Part shown: positions 15,818 through 31,011 of the stretch, piece by piece
Position numbering within the stretch: the stretch's first letter is position 1
How the letters are laid out: every line of letters starts with the position of its first letter
Translations under genes and position numbers: made by a program
NCBI RefSeq assembly: GCF_009914755.1
Contig: NC_060945.1
Direction: 5' to 3' (one strand)
DNA length: 64,000 nt
Source of the DNA: the human T2T-CHM13v2.0 reference genome, Homo sapiens
The notes under the pieces: model-generated
Told to the model about the DNA's origin: nothing
What the model saw: only the letters and a program-made list of their open reading frames with translations
The model's database searches: none

Positions 15818-16223
15818 TTACATTAGTTTGTACTTGCCCTGCTATAAATAAATACCTGAGACTGGGCAATTTATAAAGAAAGGAGGTTTAGTTGGCTCAT
15901 GGTTCTTTCTTCAGGCTGTACAGGAAGCATGAAAGCCTCTGGGGAGGCTTCAGGAAGACTTTCAATCATGGCAGAAGGCGTTGGAGAAGCAGGCATGTCT
16001 TACATGGCCTGCAAAGTCAGGCAAAAGGGGGAGGTGCCACACAGTTTTAAACAGCCTTTTTTCGTGAGAACTCTTATCACGAGGATAGCACTAGGGGGGA
16101 TGGTGCTAAACCATTAGAAACCACCCTCCTAATCCAATAACCTCCTACCGGGGCCCTCCTCCAATATTGGGGATTACAGTTCGACATGAGAATTAGGCAG
16201 GGACACAGATCCAAACTGTATCA
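15818..16223 (-). mobile_element. MST-family (ERVL-MaLR) solo LTR
   Basis: gctataaataaatacctgagactgggcaatttataaagaaa ... gggacacagatccaaactgtatca. Confidence 0.88.
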
Positions 16224-16241
16224 CCTGCTTATATGAAAACA

Positions 16242-16585
<344 letters not shown>

Positions 16586-17869
16586 TTAGAAAGGGTCATA
16601 GAGTGGTGTGGTGGGTTTCTGGGATGCTGGCCATTTTTTCCCCGTTTCGTGACACAGATTGATTTTATGATAGTAATTTAAGCTTTGTGCTAATGATTTT
16701 TATCCTCTTTTCTACAATATTGCATTGAATAAGTTTAAACATAGTATATAACAGTGACATAGATAATAAAAACAGAAGCTAACATTTTTATAAAAAGTGT
16801 TTGGTGTGTGTCACAGGTTTCATTCTGTGTGCCTGTTGGTGGTATCTCATTTAAACTTTGTAACAAGGAATAGGGTCAGTATAGTAATACCTCTGCTTCA
16901 TAGATAGGGAATCTAAGGCTTTGAATGGTTAAGAAATTTGCCAGTCACAGCCTTAGTCTTTTACTGTTTATAAGAACTTTTTATATATTAAGGACCTCAA
17001 TTCTTTTTATTTATATTCCTTCCTACCTTTTTCTTTTTAATGTTCAGATTTAAAAGCCCTCATCACCCCCAGTATTTGAATTTAGATTTTCAATGTTTTG
17101 CTTTTACAAACAACACCAGGATAAACATGCTTGGCATCTTTGTGCACATCATTGATTATTGCCTTAGTGTAAGTTTGTAGAAGTTCTTTTAAAAAGTGAA
17201 CAAGGTTGTTTTACAGAATTGAATTGAATGAAAGTATTTTTGACTATGAATGATGAAATGTTTAGAAAAGTTGGCCATCTTTCACCACAGTTGTACTATC
17301 CTTTTACTTATTTAATAAACATTATTAATCATGTAGATTGGGAAAGTTAAGGACCTCACTGTAATGGGGAGAGACAGAAGAGAATCTAAAGTCTGAAAGC
17401 AATGCTAGGGGCAGTTGACATTCCAGCTTCAGCAGGGGTAGAGGACTTGAGATTTGTATTTTAGAAAGGTCACTTTAGCCATGTTATTGAGTAGATCCAG
17501 AATTGAAAATAGAATAAAGACAGCTATTAGGAATCTGTTTTGGTAATCTTAAGTGTTATATGTGGTGATGTAGATGAAAAGGTTGTGTTTGAGTATTCTG
17601 TTAGGAGAGGGAATGAGCAAGATTGGGCAGCTGTAAGGGAAGAACTCTAACATGACTGCCAGAGTGTTGAGTCTCGTTGACTGCGTAGGAAATGGTGTCA
17701 TTCCCTGTGGTGGAAAGTAGAGGTGGAACTTATGTTTGGGGAGCTTTGTTCTCTTTGTTTTGCAGAGTGTGTGCCACATTCAGGTAGAGATGGTATGCTC
17801 CACAAGGTGGGCACTGGCCCCATGAGCCTTTACTGCACATTGACTGTGCATTACTCTACAGTACTTGCA

Positions 17870-18080
17870 GATAACATTGGGCCATTTATTAATTGCCAGA
17901 GCTGTTCTGAGTATGTTGTATGTACTAAAGCACTAAACCTTCATAACAACCTTTTCAGGTAGGTATTATTATCATTATCAGGATATTAGGTATGCATGGC
18001 CATACAGCTGGTCACCGGTAGTGCTGGGATCTCCAACCCCAGCAACCTGGCTGAGAGTCTGTGCCCTTCACTGTTGGACC
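17870..18080 (-). mobile_element. MIR fragment
   Basis: cttcataacaacct...aggtaggtattattatc...ggccatacagctgg. Confidence 0.6.
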
Positions 18081-19011
18081 ACCATTATTGTGTGTCTTGA
18101 AAATGGTAGAAGTCGGAAGTATTTTGCTACTGAGCGTTATGGTCGGTTGTGTTGTGGCTGTTAGCTGGTTCATTCAGGAGGACAGGCACAAGTATTTTGA
18201 ATCTAGTCATTCTTGTTGACCAAGGTTTTAGGCTTTAGTCTGTGATTACAAATTTGGCTGAATTTAAGAAAAATCTTTTTTTTATCCTTTTCTTAAAGAA
18301 TTACCTTTTATTAGATACCATTACTTTTATGGACCAAAGTGTTAATTTTTCATTTCCACCATGGATATCATGATCATGGTTCATCCTACCCGTAGGATAA
18401 TTATTGGCTATTTTTTCTTTGTGGTGAGCTTGCCAGGTCTAGATTCCCTTAGGACTGTTTGAAAGGTGCAGAGAAATCCAACGACCTTGGGTTGAGAAGT
18501 TTAGTTCTGTGTTTTATGTTTGTTTTCCTGTTTTTATATCCAACCTTTGATTGCCTGTGTCAGTGGAGAGCACCATAAGGTTTCACCTGGTTTGGGGAAT
18601 GCTGGCGATGTTGTTTGCCGTAAACCTGGCAGCAGGTGCAAAATAGCATCTCAGAAATGTTCCTTTGAGTTGGTTTGTGAGGAGCTGGTCTGTTGGAGAA
18701 GTCCCTCAATAATTAAAAGATTACTTATTTAACTTGTATTATGGTTCTTAATTTATGAAAATCTCGTAGGTGAAAGTAAGTCTTAAAGGTTGTTGCTGTT
18801 GCTTTACAAAAAGATTTTCTGAAGATTTTCTCAATACAAGTTTATATTCATTTTAATCACTATGGATCTTCTATACCATTAAAAACATAACTGTTGTGTT
18901 GAGTAACATATACCTGTTTGTAGTTAGAAAAGTTTTTTAATATTGAATATCCTAAAGTTCTTATTTAAGGAACCATTAGATATGTCAAATGATACAAACA
19001 TTAGGATATGA

Positions 19012-19380
<369 letters not shown>

Positions 19381-22300
19381 TAAGAAGTTTGCATTAAATT
19401 TTTTTTTTTTAATTTTTACTTGTATTTCACTTAAACACTCATAAACATAACCACAGTCTCTCATTCTGTAATAGAAAGGGGAAAAGTTATTTCTGAAGAA
19501 TATTAAAGGATCTTGAAGAAAAAGCTTATTTTTATGGAAAGGTGGCTAAGTTAAAACCGTTACAGGAAAGCAAGTCAGATTCCATTACAGCAAACTTACA
19601 GAACCAATTTTGTGTTATTTTAAACTACCTTTCTACACATTTGTAAAAATAAATACAAAACTCCCTAAAATTCAAAAGAGATGTATGCAAATTAACCGTG
19701 CTATTTATTCTAATATTCAGACAGGCTATTCACCATTTTTCTATGAAGTGAATGGTGTAAATAGAATACATGCTGAACTCTTGGTACTCACACACACATA
19801 CACATGCATATATATGTATGTGTATGTATTTTTAATATCTTTCTAAATTAACTGCACCGTCTACGTTGAGTTTTGGTTTGGGAGACTTAACAGCTGTAGT
19901 TGTGTGAAAGTTTCTTGCCCCACGGATATTTGATGTGTGATGAGCACTGAAAATGGCTGCTTTTCCATGGACTTAGAAATTTGGTTTGCCATTCTTTTGT
20001 TTAGGTCTTTTAATATATTGTGTGAGGATAAAAGAGTTGGGAGATTTAAAAGTATGTCTTTTCCTGGTGTCTTGTTTATATTAAAACGTGTTTGTAATAA
20101 AATTTTGCTAGTAGGCTGACATAATGTTTAAAATATACAACATGTTAACATTCACAGTTAAATCGTTACAATAAGATGAATTTGGCAGGACTTAAGATTT
20201 TATGTAGTGAATTGATTTCAGTTTAGTTGCGTGTTTGAGAATTGGGACAGTTGTTCAGAATGTCCAAGTTTAGGAAGTGTTTAATTGTGTACCAGAAGAA
20301 AACTGCCTGGAAATCTAATAATAATAACACGATGATCCATTTGCACTTTGAGGAAACCAAGTTGATTCAGATTAATTTTCCCACTTGTTCAAAAGCAGCC
20401 TGTCAGGCAGAGTGCTGTTTTTAATGTGTTTCACAGCTGAAAGGACTGCGCTCCCATTTGTGACTTTTCCGTGTGTGAGCAGGAGACTGTGGGGTCCAGC
20501 CTGGGCTTCCTTCTTCTTAGATACAGTGCTCTTTCAGGTCTAACCTCTGGTGTCTACAGCGGGCTAGGAAAACTTCCAGTCCTTTAAAGTCATTTTTATC
20601 ATTATATTATTTTAGTAAATAATTTAATTAACAAAGCACCTATTTTTATATCCAACTAACGTCTTATGTGTATTTGGATCATATAAAATAAGAGATATTT
20701 CACTTACTATTTCTGTTTTAAGCTATGAAATACTTTTAAAGATTTGTGTGATGTAAAAAGACTATCTTTAAAGTAATAATACTCAGCCAAATATTTCTGC
20801 CAAAATCCAAAAATTTCTGGGCCTAATAAGGGAGTCATATTAGAGGATCCCTTTCCTGTAACTAAAGTGTAGGCTGCGTATTAAGTGGCATAGTCTAGTC
20901 ATAGGACCTGGCTTCAAGGTCTTGGCCGGCTCATGATCTGGTTGTAGGATTTGAGTTAGGTTATTTGTACCCTTCATATCTGTTCCTTGGGTGTCAAATT
21001 GGCACCTCCGACTAGAACCCCCAACACATACAAAGTACCTTTTAGCTGTAAACTTACTGTAATTTCATTATTTAATTTTCATTGTTTCTTGTTAATCATC
21101 CTATCAGATGTCTTTTAAAAGAGAAATAGAGCGAAAGTAGGTGTAGAAGAGGAAGACTGATGTTTGGAATGCTGGCTCTCTGGGCTATTCTAGTTTTCAC
21201 AATATCTTCCATAGTTCTTAAATTCTAGTACCCTGGATATGTGTTATAGATGCTATTCAGCTTTATTAATGCTCTCAAAATAACAAGAAAGGCAGAATAC
21301 AGTGTTTCTGATTCTTCATTATATAGGAAAACAGGAGGTAAATATAAATAAAATGAAATAGGTATTATAATGGAAAACAGTTTTTGAAAGGAGTCCTAGA
21401 GCTTATACTAAAGAATCTTTTCAGGACAAAAGTTAATTATTGTTTTAGCTCTTATAACTGATCTAAGCAGGAGGTTTGTAATCTGGGTGAAGTAAAAGGA
21501 GCAAGAGATGTGAGCATTGAGGGTGTACTGTTTCTAGCTCCTGGAGGCAGATAGCTGAGGCAGCAGGAGGAGGTCACCTCAACTTCCCTTTTATTAGGTT
21601 ACTTGCCTTGCAAAAGGGGTCATTTCTGCAGCTTGGTGAGCTCCTGGGTCCTCTGAACACCATGGACTTAACTTTTTGCTGTAGAAGGTAGAAGGGAGCT
21701 TGCTCTATTACTGTACATTCTCTTGACTTTGGCTAGCAGAAGCAGGAAGTAGAGAAAGTGTCAGATGCTTAGGGCTGGCCTTGAGTGTTAGTATAGATAT
21801 ATAAGTAGGTATTTGGAAAAGCTGCTTTCTAATTCTGGATATGTACTAATGGCATCACAATGTTCCAAAAGAAAAATTTGGTTAATATGAAATCACAATG
21901 AAAGCATAGGGAGTATTACTTGCTTTGTAGACATTTATTTGTTCTTTCCATGTATTTTGAGCATCTCAATGCAGGATGTTGTTTGAAGCATGAAATATAA
22001 ACAGCTTGGCCTTGTAGGCAGAGTATGACCAGTTGTGGAAAAGATTAGCAACATTTTGTGAAGTGCTAAGCACACAGCACACACTCATATTGAGTGCAGA
22101 AATTTGATCATGTAACTCATGTTTATATCCTATTTTGTATATGTACTGTATATTTGAAATTTTTTTTTGATTATATGTGATTTTGGTGTTTTTGAGTGAG
22201 CATCATTACTCCTGAATGTAGTTACTGATTCTTTTTTCAGATGTTTGAAATACCAGTGGAATTGTAAATGGGCAAGTTAAAAACTTAAAGACATTCACAG

Positions 22301-22549
22301 TTTTTTGATGTAACTAATTTTAATAAATGCCTTTGCTTATTTTAGGCATACCTCAATTACTTTGCTCAACAAATAGCCTAAAAATGACTGCTAAGAGGGT
22401 AGACTAGAGGCGTAACATTGATAGGGAGCTCCTGGCAAGAGTGTCCTCGTTAAGAGCCTGGGGTTAGGCATGGACATCTTCAGCTACAATATTATAGTAG
22501 CTGCACTACGATAATATTTCGGACCACCCGGATGGTGATTTTCCTGTTC

Positions 22550-22740
22550 TTTAACTGGCTCTGGGACCTTGGTCAAGTTCTTTAACGTTGGAGACTCTGG
22601 TTTCGTGTGTGTAAAATGGTCACAGGAATGGTATTTATCTCCCTTGAGATTGTTGAGGGGATTGCATGGAAGACTTGTAAAAATATGCATGCTAAAAACA
22701 TGTTGTTCAGTAAATACCTGCTACTGTTATTGTTACTTTA
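22550..22740 (+). mobile_element. MIR
   Basis: ctctgggaccttggtcaagttctttaac...tgtaaaatgg...ttgttgagg. Confidence 0.75.
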
Positions 22741-24517
22741 TTATTAAGTTATTCGGTTGACTCTACCAATGACTTATACTTCCTGTCAACTTTTATTATA
22801 GCAGTAATGAAGCATTGCACTGATTCAGATTTTGTGAAACCTCACATTTAGGCTGCACTCCACCAGCCCAAGAAAGGGGCTTACTGAATAAACTACCTAC
22901 ATGAAAACAATGCTGGGAACTTAAATTAAAAAAGAAAAGACATTTAAGGGAAACCTTTCATCACCCTAAATGCTTACAGCATTCATTCACAGAAAAACTG
23001 ACGTTTATTACCCATATTAATTTATGCATTAAGTCCTTAAGGAATAGTATAAAAATATTCTGTGAACTTAGCATTAGCTACTGTTTAGAAAAGTAAGACT
23101 GTCTATTTGAAAAATTAAATCAGATCATCTTCTTAATTCTGATGATTTTTGTCAGACAAATAGTATAATCACCAAGGGTTCCCCTCCCCCCCCCAACCTT
23201 ATTTGGAATTAAGAAGCACAGGACTTTGAGAAGAGATAGTGTTATTTCAGTAAATGGGTGAATTTGCCCTCTGGGTAACAACTTTTTAGAGTTTGAGTAT
23301 ACATGCAGAAGAAACCAGTGTTAATGTTGGTTCATGATAAAGCGCACGTAGTAAAGTTCATGATTTACAGCACGTAAAATGCTGTAACAATTCTGTCTTT
23401 TCGGACCACATGGATGGTGATTTTTCCTGTTCTGTCCACTGGTACAAACCTCCCCTCTTCTCTTTTTTGGTGTGGGTTAGGTTAACAATTATACCATGAC
23501 TCCACACATTTTTGCGAGGTCTTAGTATGATGTGTTTACTGTCACTCTGCCCCTCCGATTGACCCGAGTGTCCTTGGAGAGATGTTGTGTCAGGGTCTTC
23601 TGGCTCATTTCCCAGCACAAATGTCCAGAAGAGTTGGGCAGGAACACAAAGATGGGCCAGGGGGAATGGCTGTGACCACCTTGATGGAAATAATTGGTTT
23701 TGAGGATCTGTTGATTGCAAGAACCCCCATTGGGAATCCTTTGACTGAGGCATGGCACTTGCTGGAGCAGTGGCACTTGGACAGCAATCCAGGATCATTG
23801 ATGCTAGCCACAGCACTCCTGGGGTGTGTGTATAGAGGGGGTGCATGCCCCTGCTCTATCATCTGTTGTAATTGCTGTGGAAACGGTCTAGCAGGATGCT
23901 CACGGTGGAACCCCTCATTGCCTGTCAGATGGTGTCGAGAGCCATGAGTTGGGATCAGGGAAGGGGACTGTGAGGGCAAGCCTTGGTTAGGGGCAGATAT
24001 TTGTCAGAGGGCAGCAGGGTCTGGAGACATTAGGAGCTGAATTTCTTCTTATTAGGAGCAGTTGGAGGGAATGGTGCTCTGCTGCCAGCCCCCTTTTTTG
24101 GTGCCAGCTGGGTCCTGAAATCCTATGTTAAGGAAGCTGAAAGTTGCCTCTGAGGGCTGGGTTTATCTTTGTCTGCTAGTTGTGAACCTGGTCAGGTTTT
24201 AGGAATAATTCAGAAAAAAATTTTCTTTGGGCTAATTGTGTGGTAGAGAAGCCCTCGTGGGCAACATCCTGTGTGTCTCCTAGATTGGCGTATGTCTGCA
24301 TTTCTACCACTTTAAATTTGGCGGAATAGGATCAAAGCCTCAGGCAGCTGGGCATATTATCCTCTAATTTCATTGATTTGTTCTAGTGGTTGTCTTTATT
24401 GGAATCCACATGAAAGGGAACTTTGAGAGAGAATGTATAATCATCTAATGTGTAGCTGTCTTTAAAAAAGTAGATACATGCAGGTTACAGAAGAGGGAAT
24501 TTATATCTTATAGTTAA

Positions 24518-24682
<165 letters not shown>

Positions 24683-25949
24683 TAATAACATCTATCTTGC
24701 AATATGTCATTGAGAAAAAAAGTGTGACCTATTTACCCTAAACTTTTTTTTCATTCCTAGTAGTTGTCATATTGATGATTATTATGAAGACTAATGATTT
24801 AGAAATAATATTACAATTATGTAAAAGATATATTAACAAGGACTGCAGAGTATAAAGATAATTGTGGATAACTTGATTTTTTTAAGGTTGTATTTAATAT
24901 ACTGTTATTTCTTTTTTTAATTTTTATTTTTTGTTTTTTATTTCATTTGAGTTCTGTAATAACTTATTCAAAACAAGAAAGGGGAATAAGGACTCTAAAA
25001 GTATATATGTGTTAGAATTTTTGCTAGAATTTTTATATATTTGTTTCTGCTTTTGCCATGGGTGTCAGGAAGCTCTGAAATATGTTTAATACCTAGTTAC
25101 AGGCATTTGGCCTAGTTTATTTGATCTATCTATATTTCTGTGATTTTATTGTCTTTTAACTTTTTATGTGTGTTCTTTTATCTATATCTTTTTATGATAA
25201 GATGTCCAGAAGCTTTTTTGTTGTAAGTAAATAAGATAAAAAACAGACACAGCACTTTGAATTCCTTGCCTGTACTTGGTGTTTTGCCACCGAAAATTTT
25301 TCTGGTGTCTTGGACCATTGGCTTCATTGCCATTTGCTTGTGGCTTCAACTCTGTCTCCAAAGTTAATTATTAAAGGAGCATTTCTGGAGAAGAATCCAT
25401 GCTTTCTTTCCTCTTCTAGTGGGAGCCCTGCACCCTTTCATGTTGAAGGCTTGTCCTTTGCCAGCTTTAGAGCTGCTTAGCTGAAAAGTGAAAAGATGTT
25501 CTTAGGTACATGCAAATTTTATAGCAATTTAATGTTATTTAATGACAGTATTACTACATTACAGTGGCAGTGTGGCAACGTAAAATTAGAATGAACTCTG
25601 TGAGGAACATTTCTGAGTTAGATTTTGTACACATTTATATATTATAAACATGTTCCAGACTAGCTTGTGATTATCTGAATATATCTGATAAATTGTTGAT
25701 AACAGTATATTAATTTCAATTTGTTATTATCTGATAAATTGTTAACAAAGCTACAGTTAAACTGTTGTTAACAGTAGCTTTCTTGGAGCTTGTTTTTAAG
25801 TGTCTTAACCACGTTATAAAGTAGACTTTTTCTGATGTTATTCCATGCAGTGTAATTTATAATTTCGCCAAAGTTAGTTTACCAGTTACCTGGACTGTTT
25901 CCTAGTTCATCTAGTATTTTTTTTTTTTACTAGTCTTAGAAACAGTGTT

Positions 25950-26307
25950 GGTGTTTTGTTTTTGTTTTTGTTTTTGTTTTTGTTTTTGTTTTTTTTTTTT
26001 TTTTTTTTTTTTTTTTTGGAGACAGAGTCTCACTTTGTCACCAAGGCTGCCAGCCTGGAGTGCAGTGGCGCGATCTCGGCTCACCGCAACCTCCGCCTCC
26101 CAGGTTCATACCTTTCTCCTGCCTCAGCCTCCTGAGTAGCTGGGACTACAGGTGCCCGCCACCATGCCCAGCTAATTTTTTGTATTTTTAGTAGAGATGG
26201 GGTTTCACCGTGTTAGCCAGGATGGTCTCGATCTCCTGACCTCGTGATCCACCCTCCTCGGCCTCCCAAAGTGCTGGGATTACAGGTGTGAGCCACCGCG
26301 CCTGGCC
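25950..26307 (-). mobile_element. AluY with (TTTTTG)n/poly-T tail
   Basis: Diagnostic gtgttagccaggatggtctcgatctcctgacctcgtga; TSD agaaacagtgtt / agaatcagtgtt. Confidence 0.94.
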
Positions 26308-26997
26308 CAGAATCAGTGTTAAAGAAAATAACTCAGCCTGTGATTAACCATAGGCGTATGGTCTTTGGGAGTGGGGGCTAAGAGGCCATAGCTGTTTTTC
26401 ATTAATCGTTATATTTTTATAGGTTTAAAAACTGGGCATGTCTCAGAGGGCCTATTTATTTTAGTAAAACATCACTTGGTCTACATCTGAACTTATTTTA
26501 AAAATATGTTGCCATAAAATCAAATATAAATAAATTCATGCAAGTTACAGAAGAGGGAATTTATATCAATAAATTCCCTTTATATCCCAAATATAAAGTT
26601 GGGATTGACTGGAAGGGGGCATGAGAGAACTTGAACTTGAGGGACATGAAAATGTTACTTGGCTGTTTGGCATTTGGTAACTTTTGTCAAAATTCCTCAT
26701 GTTGAACTCTTAAGATCTGTGCCACCTCACTGTATATAAATTATACTTCAATTTAACAAATAAATATAAACCAGGTCCTTTTACTTTTCTTGAATGGCAT
26801 ACTTTGAACAAGTCACTTAACATTTTTTGTTTACAAAGTCTATAAACAGTATAACTATAATGAATTTCACTGTATAAATTTTTTCATTGGTTAGATCAGT
26901 ATTATTTTCTAACTCAAATGTCAACTGTAGAAAATAGGTGTGTGTCAATATACTCTGATAATGCCCTTCCTCACAGTGATTTAAATTTTACAGTTAA

Positions 26998-27213
<216 letters not shown>

Positions 27214-27716
27214 TAATGGAAAATGCTGAATTTCATTAGTTAGAAAGAACTTCTTAGTGAATCTTGTTGTTAACAGCCCTTCCTCAAGAGTGTACTTTTA
27301 ATATTTGCAAATAGAGCTCAGCAATGGATATGCAAGTATTTGGATGACCATAATTCTTTAAAGGTAGTGATACTGCATCAGTAATATAAACTCCTTAGAC
27401 TTCTAAAAACTTTTATGGCTACCAAGTGCTCATTTTACTAATGACTGGTGAATTTTAATCACTTAATAGATAGTATTGCCTCTTTGTTATGGGCCTTGTA
27501 TAGTCTGTAGATGATTGTTAATTACATATGCTAGAGGTATTTACCTTCTTGTCCGATAGACCACTTCAAAGAGAAAAGAATTACCATGTTCAGGTGGTGC
27601 AGTGGGAGTCCACTCACTTTTCAGGAGGCTTTGGAAAGCTGGGGGTTGTTCCCTGGCTTTTTCTCCCACTTCATGTTGTAACTATATCAGACCTCTAAGC
27701 AGGCAGGCAGTCTTAG

Positions 27717-28076
<360 letters not shown>

Positions 28077-28104
28077 TCCTTGTATTTTTAAAAATATTTT
28101 TTCG

Positions 28105-28240
28105 GGTCAGGCGTGGTGACTCACACCTATAATCCCAGCACTTTGGGAATCTGAAGCAGAAGGATCACCTGAGCCCAGTAATTCCAGAACAGCCTGGGCA
28201 ACATAGCAAGACCTTGTCTCTATTCATTTAAAAAAAAAAA
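28105..28240 (+). mobile_element. FLAM / Alu left monomer
   Basis: Monomer with poly-A tail. Confidence 0.85.
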
Positions 28241-28607
28241 ATGTTAGGGGGATCTCTGGTTGTGGTCCCCCAGCTGTTCCCAGTTGTAAGTCCTTCTATC
28301 ACATTGAGTCACAGAGCTGTGTTTTGTTTGAGGTGTGATTTGCTGATAATCCCAGTCTCCTCTGCCTTGCAGCCCTTGTGGAATGAGATGGTTATTAATC
28401 TGCAGTCCAAACTTTTGACTTTTCGATGATGAGGATAGAATGGGAATCAAAATGACTTTTCCTAAATTGCCTTTTTTTGTTTTCTTAAACTATGGAACCT
28501 GCATGTGCTTACTTCTCTGTTCCTGCCCTGAGAGAACACAAAATACATGCTCCTTTTTAACCTGTGAGGAAAAAGCCATCATGCTTAAAACAGAAAGTGT
28601 TCTGTAT

Positions 28608-29706
28608 TATCGGGGGAAATTCAGCCAGATATCGGGCAAAATTCACCCCCAATATTTCATGTAGGTTCTTTTCTATTTTCCCTAAGCGTCGGCCGGTTTG
28701 AGAAATAAAGGGACAGAGTACAAAAGAGAAATATTTTAAAGCTGGGCATCTGGGGGAGACATCACATGTCGGTAGGTTCTCTGATGCCCCACAAGCCGCA
28801 AAACCAGCAAGTTTTTATTAGGGATTTTCAAAAGGGGAGGGAGTATACGAATAAGGTGTGGGTCACAGAGATCACATACTTCACAAGGTAATATAATATC
28901 ACAAGGCAAATGGAGGCAGGGCGAGATCACAGGACCACAGGACCAGGGCGAAATTAAAATTGCTAATGAAGTTTTGGGCACCACTGTCATTAATAACATC
29001 TTATCAGGAGACAGGGTTTGAGAGCAGACAACTGGTCTGACCAAAATTTATTAGGCGGGAATTTCCTTGTCCTAATAAGCCTGGGGGTGCTATGGGAGAC
29101 TGGGGCTTATTTCATCCCTACAGTCTCGACCATAGAAGACGGCCACACCCAAGGGGGCCATTTCAGAGACCTACCCTCAGGGGCTCATTCTCTTTCTCAG
29201 GGATGTTCCTTGCTGAGAAAAAGAATTCAGCGATATTTCTCCCATTTGCTTTTGAAAGAAGAGAAATATGGCTCTGTTCCGCCCGGGTCAGTGGTCAGAA
29301 TTTAAGATTATCTCTCTTGTTCCCTGAACATTGCTGTTATCCTGTTCTTTTTTCAAGGTGCCCAGATTTCATATTGTTCAAACACACATGCTCTACAATT
29401 TGTGCAGTTAATGCAATCATCACAGGGTCCTGAGGCGACATACATCCTCCTCAGCTTACGAAAATGACGGGATTAAGAGATTAAAGACAGGCATAGGAAA
29501 TCACAAGGGTATTGATTGGGGAAGTGATAAGTGTCCATGAAATCTTCACAATTTATGTTTAGAGATTGCAGTAAAGACAGGCGTAAGAAATTATAAAAGT
29601 ATTAATTTGGGGAACTAATAAATGTCCATGAAATCTTCACAATCCATGTTCTTCTGCCGTGGCTTCAGCTGGTCCCTCCGTTTGGGGTCCCTGACTTCCC
29701 GCAACA
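28608..29706 (-). mobile_element. MER11 (ERVK-class) solo LTR
   Basis: Minus strand begins TGTTGCGGGAAGTCAGGGACCCC; ~1.1 kb; 6-bp TSD ctgtat / ctctat. Confidence 0.9.
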
Positions 29707-29944
29707 CTCTATGTCATTAGCAGCCACAGGTCTAAATCCAGAAAAATAAACGTGTAAGCAAATATGAACATTTGTGTTAGACCTGTGTCACTCCAGTGTG
29801 GCCCTACCAGTCCCTGATGTCACGTGTATATGTCTTCTTCCCATGATTTGAAAGAATTTTGGTAATTACACATAATCCAGGGACTTTTTCCTTGAATTAT
29901 AACCTCTTTTTCTTCTGAGGGGGTTTTCAGTGCTTTGGGAGTCC

Positions 29945-29947
29945 TTT

Positions 29948-29981
<34 letters not shown>

Positions 29982-30266
29982 GAGACAGGGTCTCACTGTA
30001 TCAGCCTGGCAGGAGTGCAGTGGAGTAGTGATCATGGTTCACTGCCTCAACCTCCTGGGTTCAAGTGATCCTCACACTTCAGCCTCTAGAGTAGCTGGGA
30101 CTACAGGCACGTGCCACCATGCCTGGCTAATTTGTTGTTTTTTTGTAGAGGTGAGGTCTTACTGTGTTGCCCAGGCTGGTCTTGAACTCCTGGGCTCAAC
30201 CAGTCCTCGCATCTCAGCTTCCCACAGTGCTGAGATTATAGGCCTGAGCCACCACACCTGGCCTGG
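29945..30266 (-). mobile_element. AluJ-like
   Basis: Antisense dimer with (TTTTG)n tail. Confidence 0.9.
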
Positions 30267-30379
30267 GAGTCCCTCTTGATTAAGGTCTTCCTGTTAGTCA
30301 GAAGCAGCTTCTCTGTCAGCCTCTTAAGGAAAGGCATTTGTGAGGCCCAGTCCTTAACTAAGGGTGTGAATACCCTCTA

Positions 30380-30640
30380 CTGGTTCCCAACCCGGGCTAC
30401 ACAGCAGGAGGTGAGTGGTCAGCAAGCATTACCGCCTGAGCTCCGCCCCGTCAGATCAGCAGCAGCGTTAGATTCTCAAAGGAGCTCAAACCCAATTGTG
30501 AACTGTGCATGCGAGGGATCTAGGTTGTGTACTCCTTATGAAAATCTAATGCCTAATGATGTGAGGCAGAACAGTTTGATCCCCAAACCATCCACCTCAC
30601 CCCTACCTACCCTGGCCGTGAAAAAATTGACTGCTGCTCT
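30380..30640. mobile_element. MER1-like hAT-Charlie DNA element
   Basis: cagcaggaggtgagtgg...gtcagatcagcagcagcgttagattctca...gcgagggatctaggttg. Confidence 0.85.
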
Positions 30641-30710
30641 AGACCTAGAGAGTGCTACCTCCGCCATGAAAACTTCACTAACGTTTGGGCAGTTGCACTC
30701 AATAGGTCCC

Positions 30711-31011
<301 letters not shown>

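Noticed and set aside
22517-23433. Duplicated 34-mer as a REST/RE1 site or CRISPR-like repeat
   Set aside because: Needs gaps to fit the RE1 consensus; only two copies, no regular spacers, eukaryotic context
29520-29645. Direct repeat gtccatgaaatcttcacaat
   Set aside because: Internal to MER11 and probably part of the element itself
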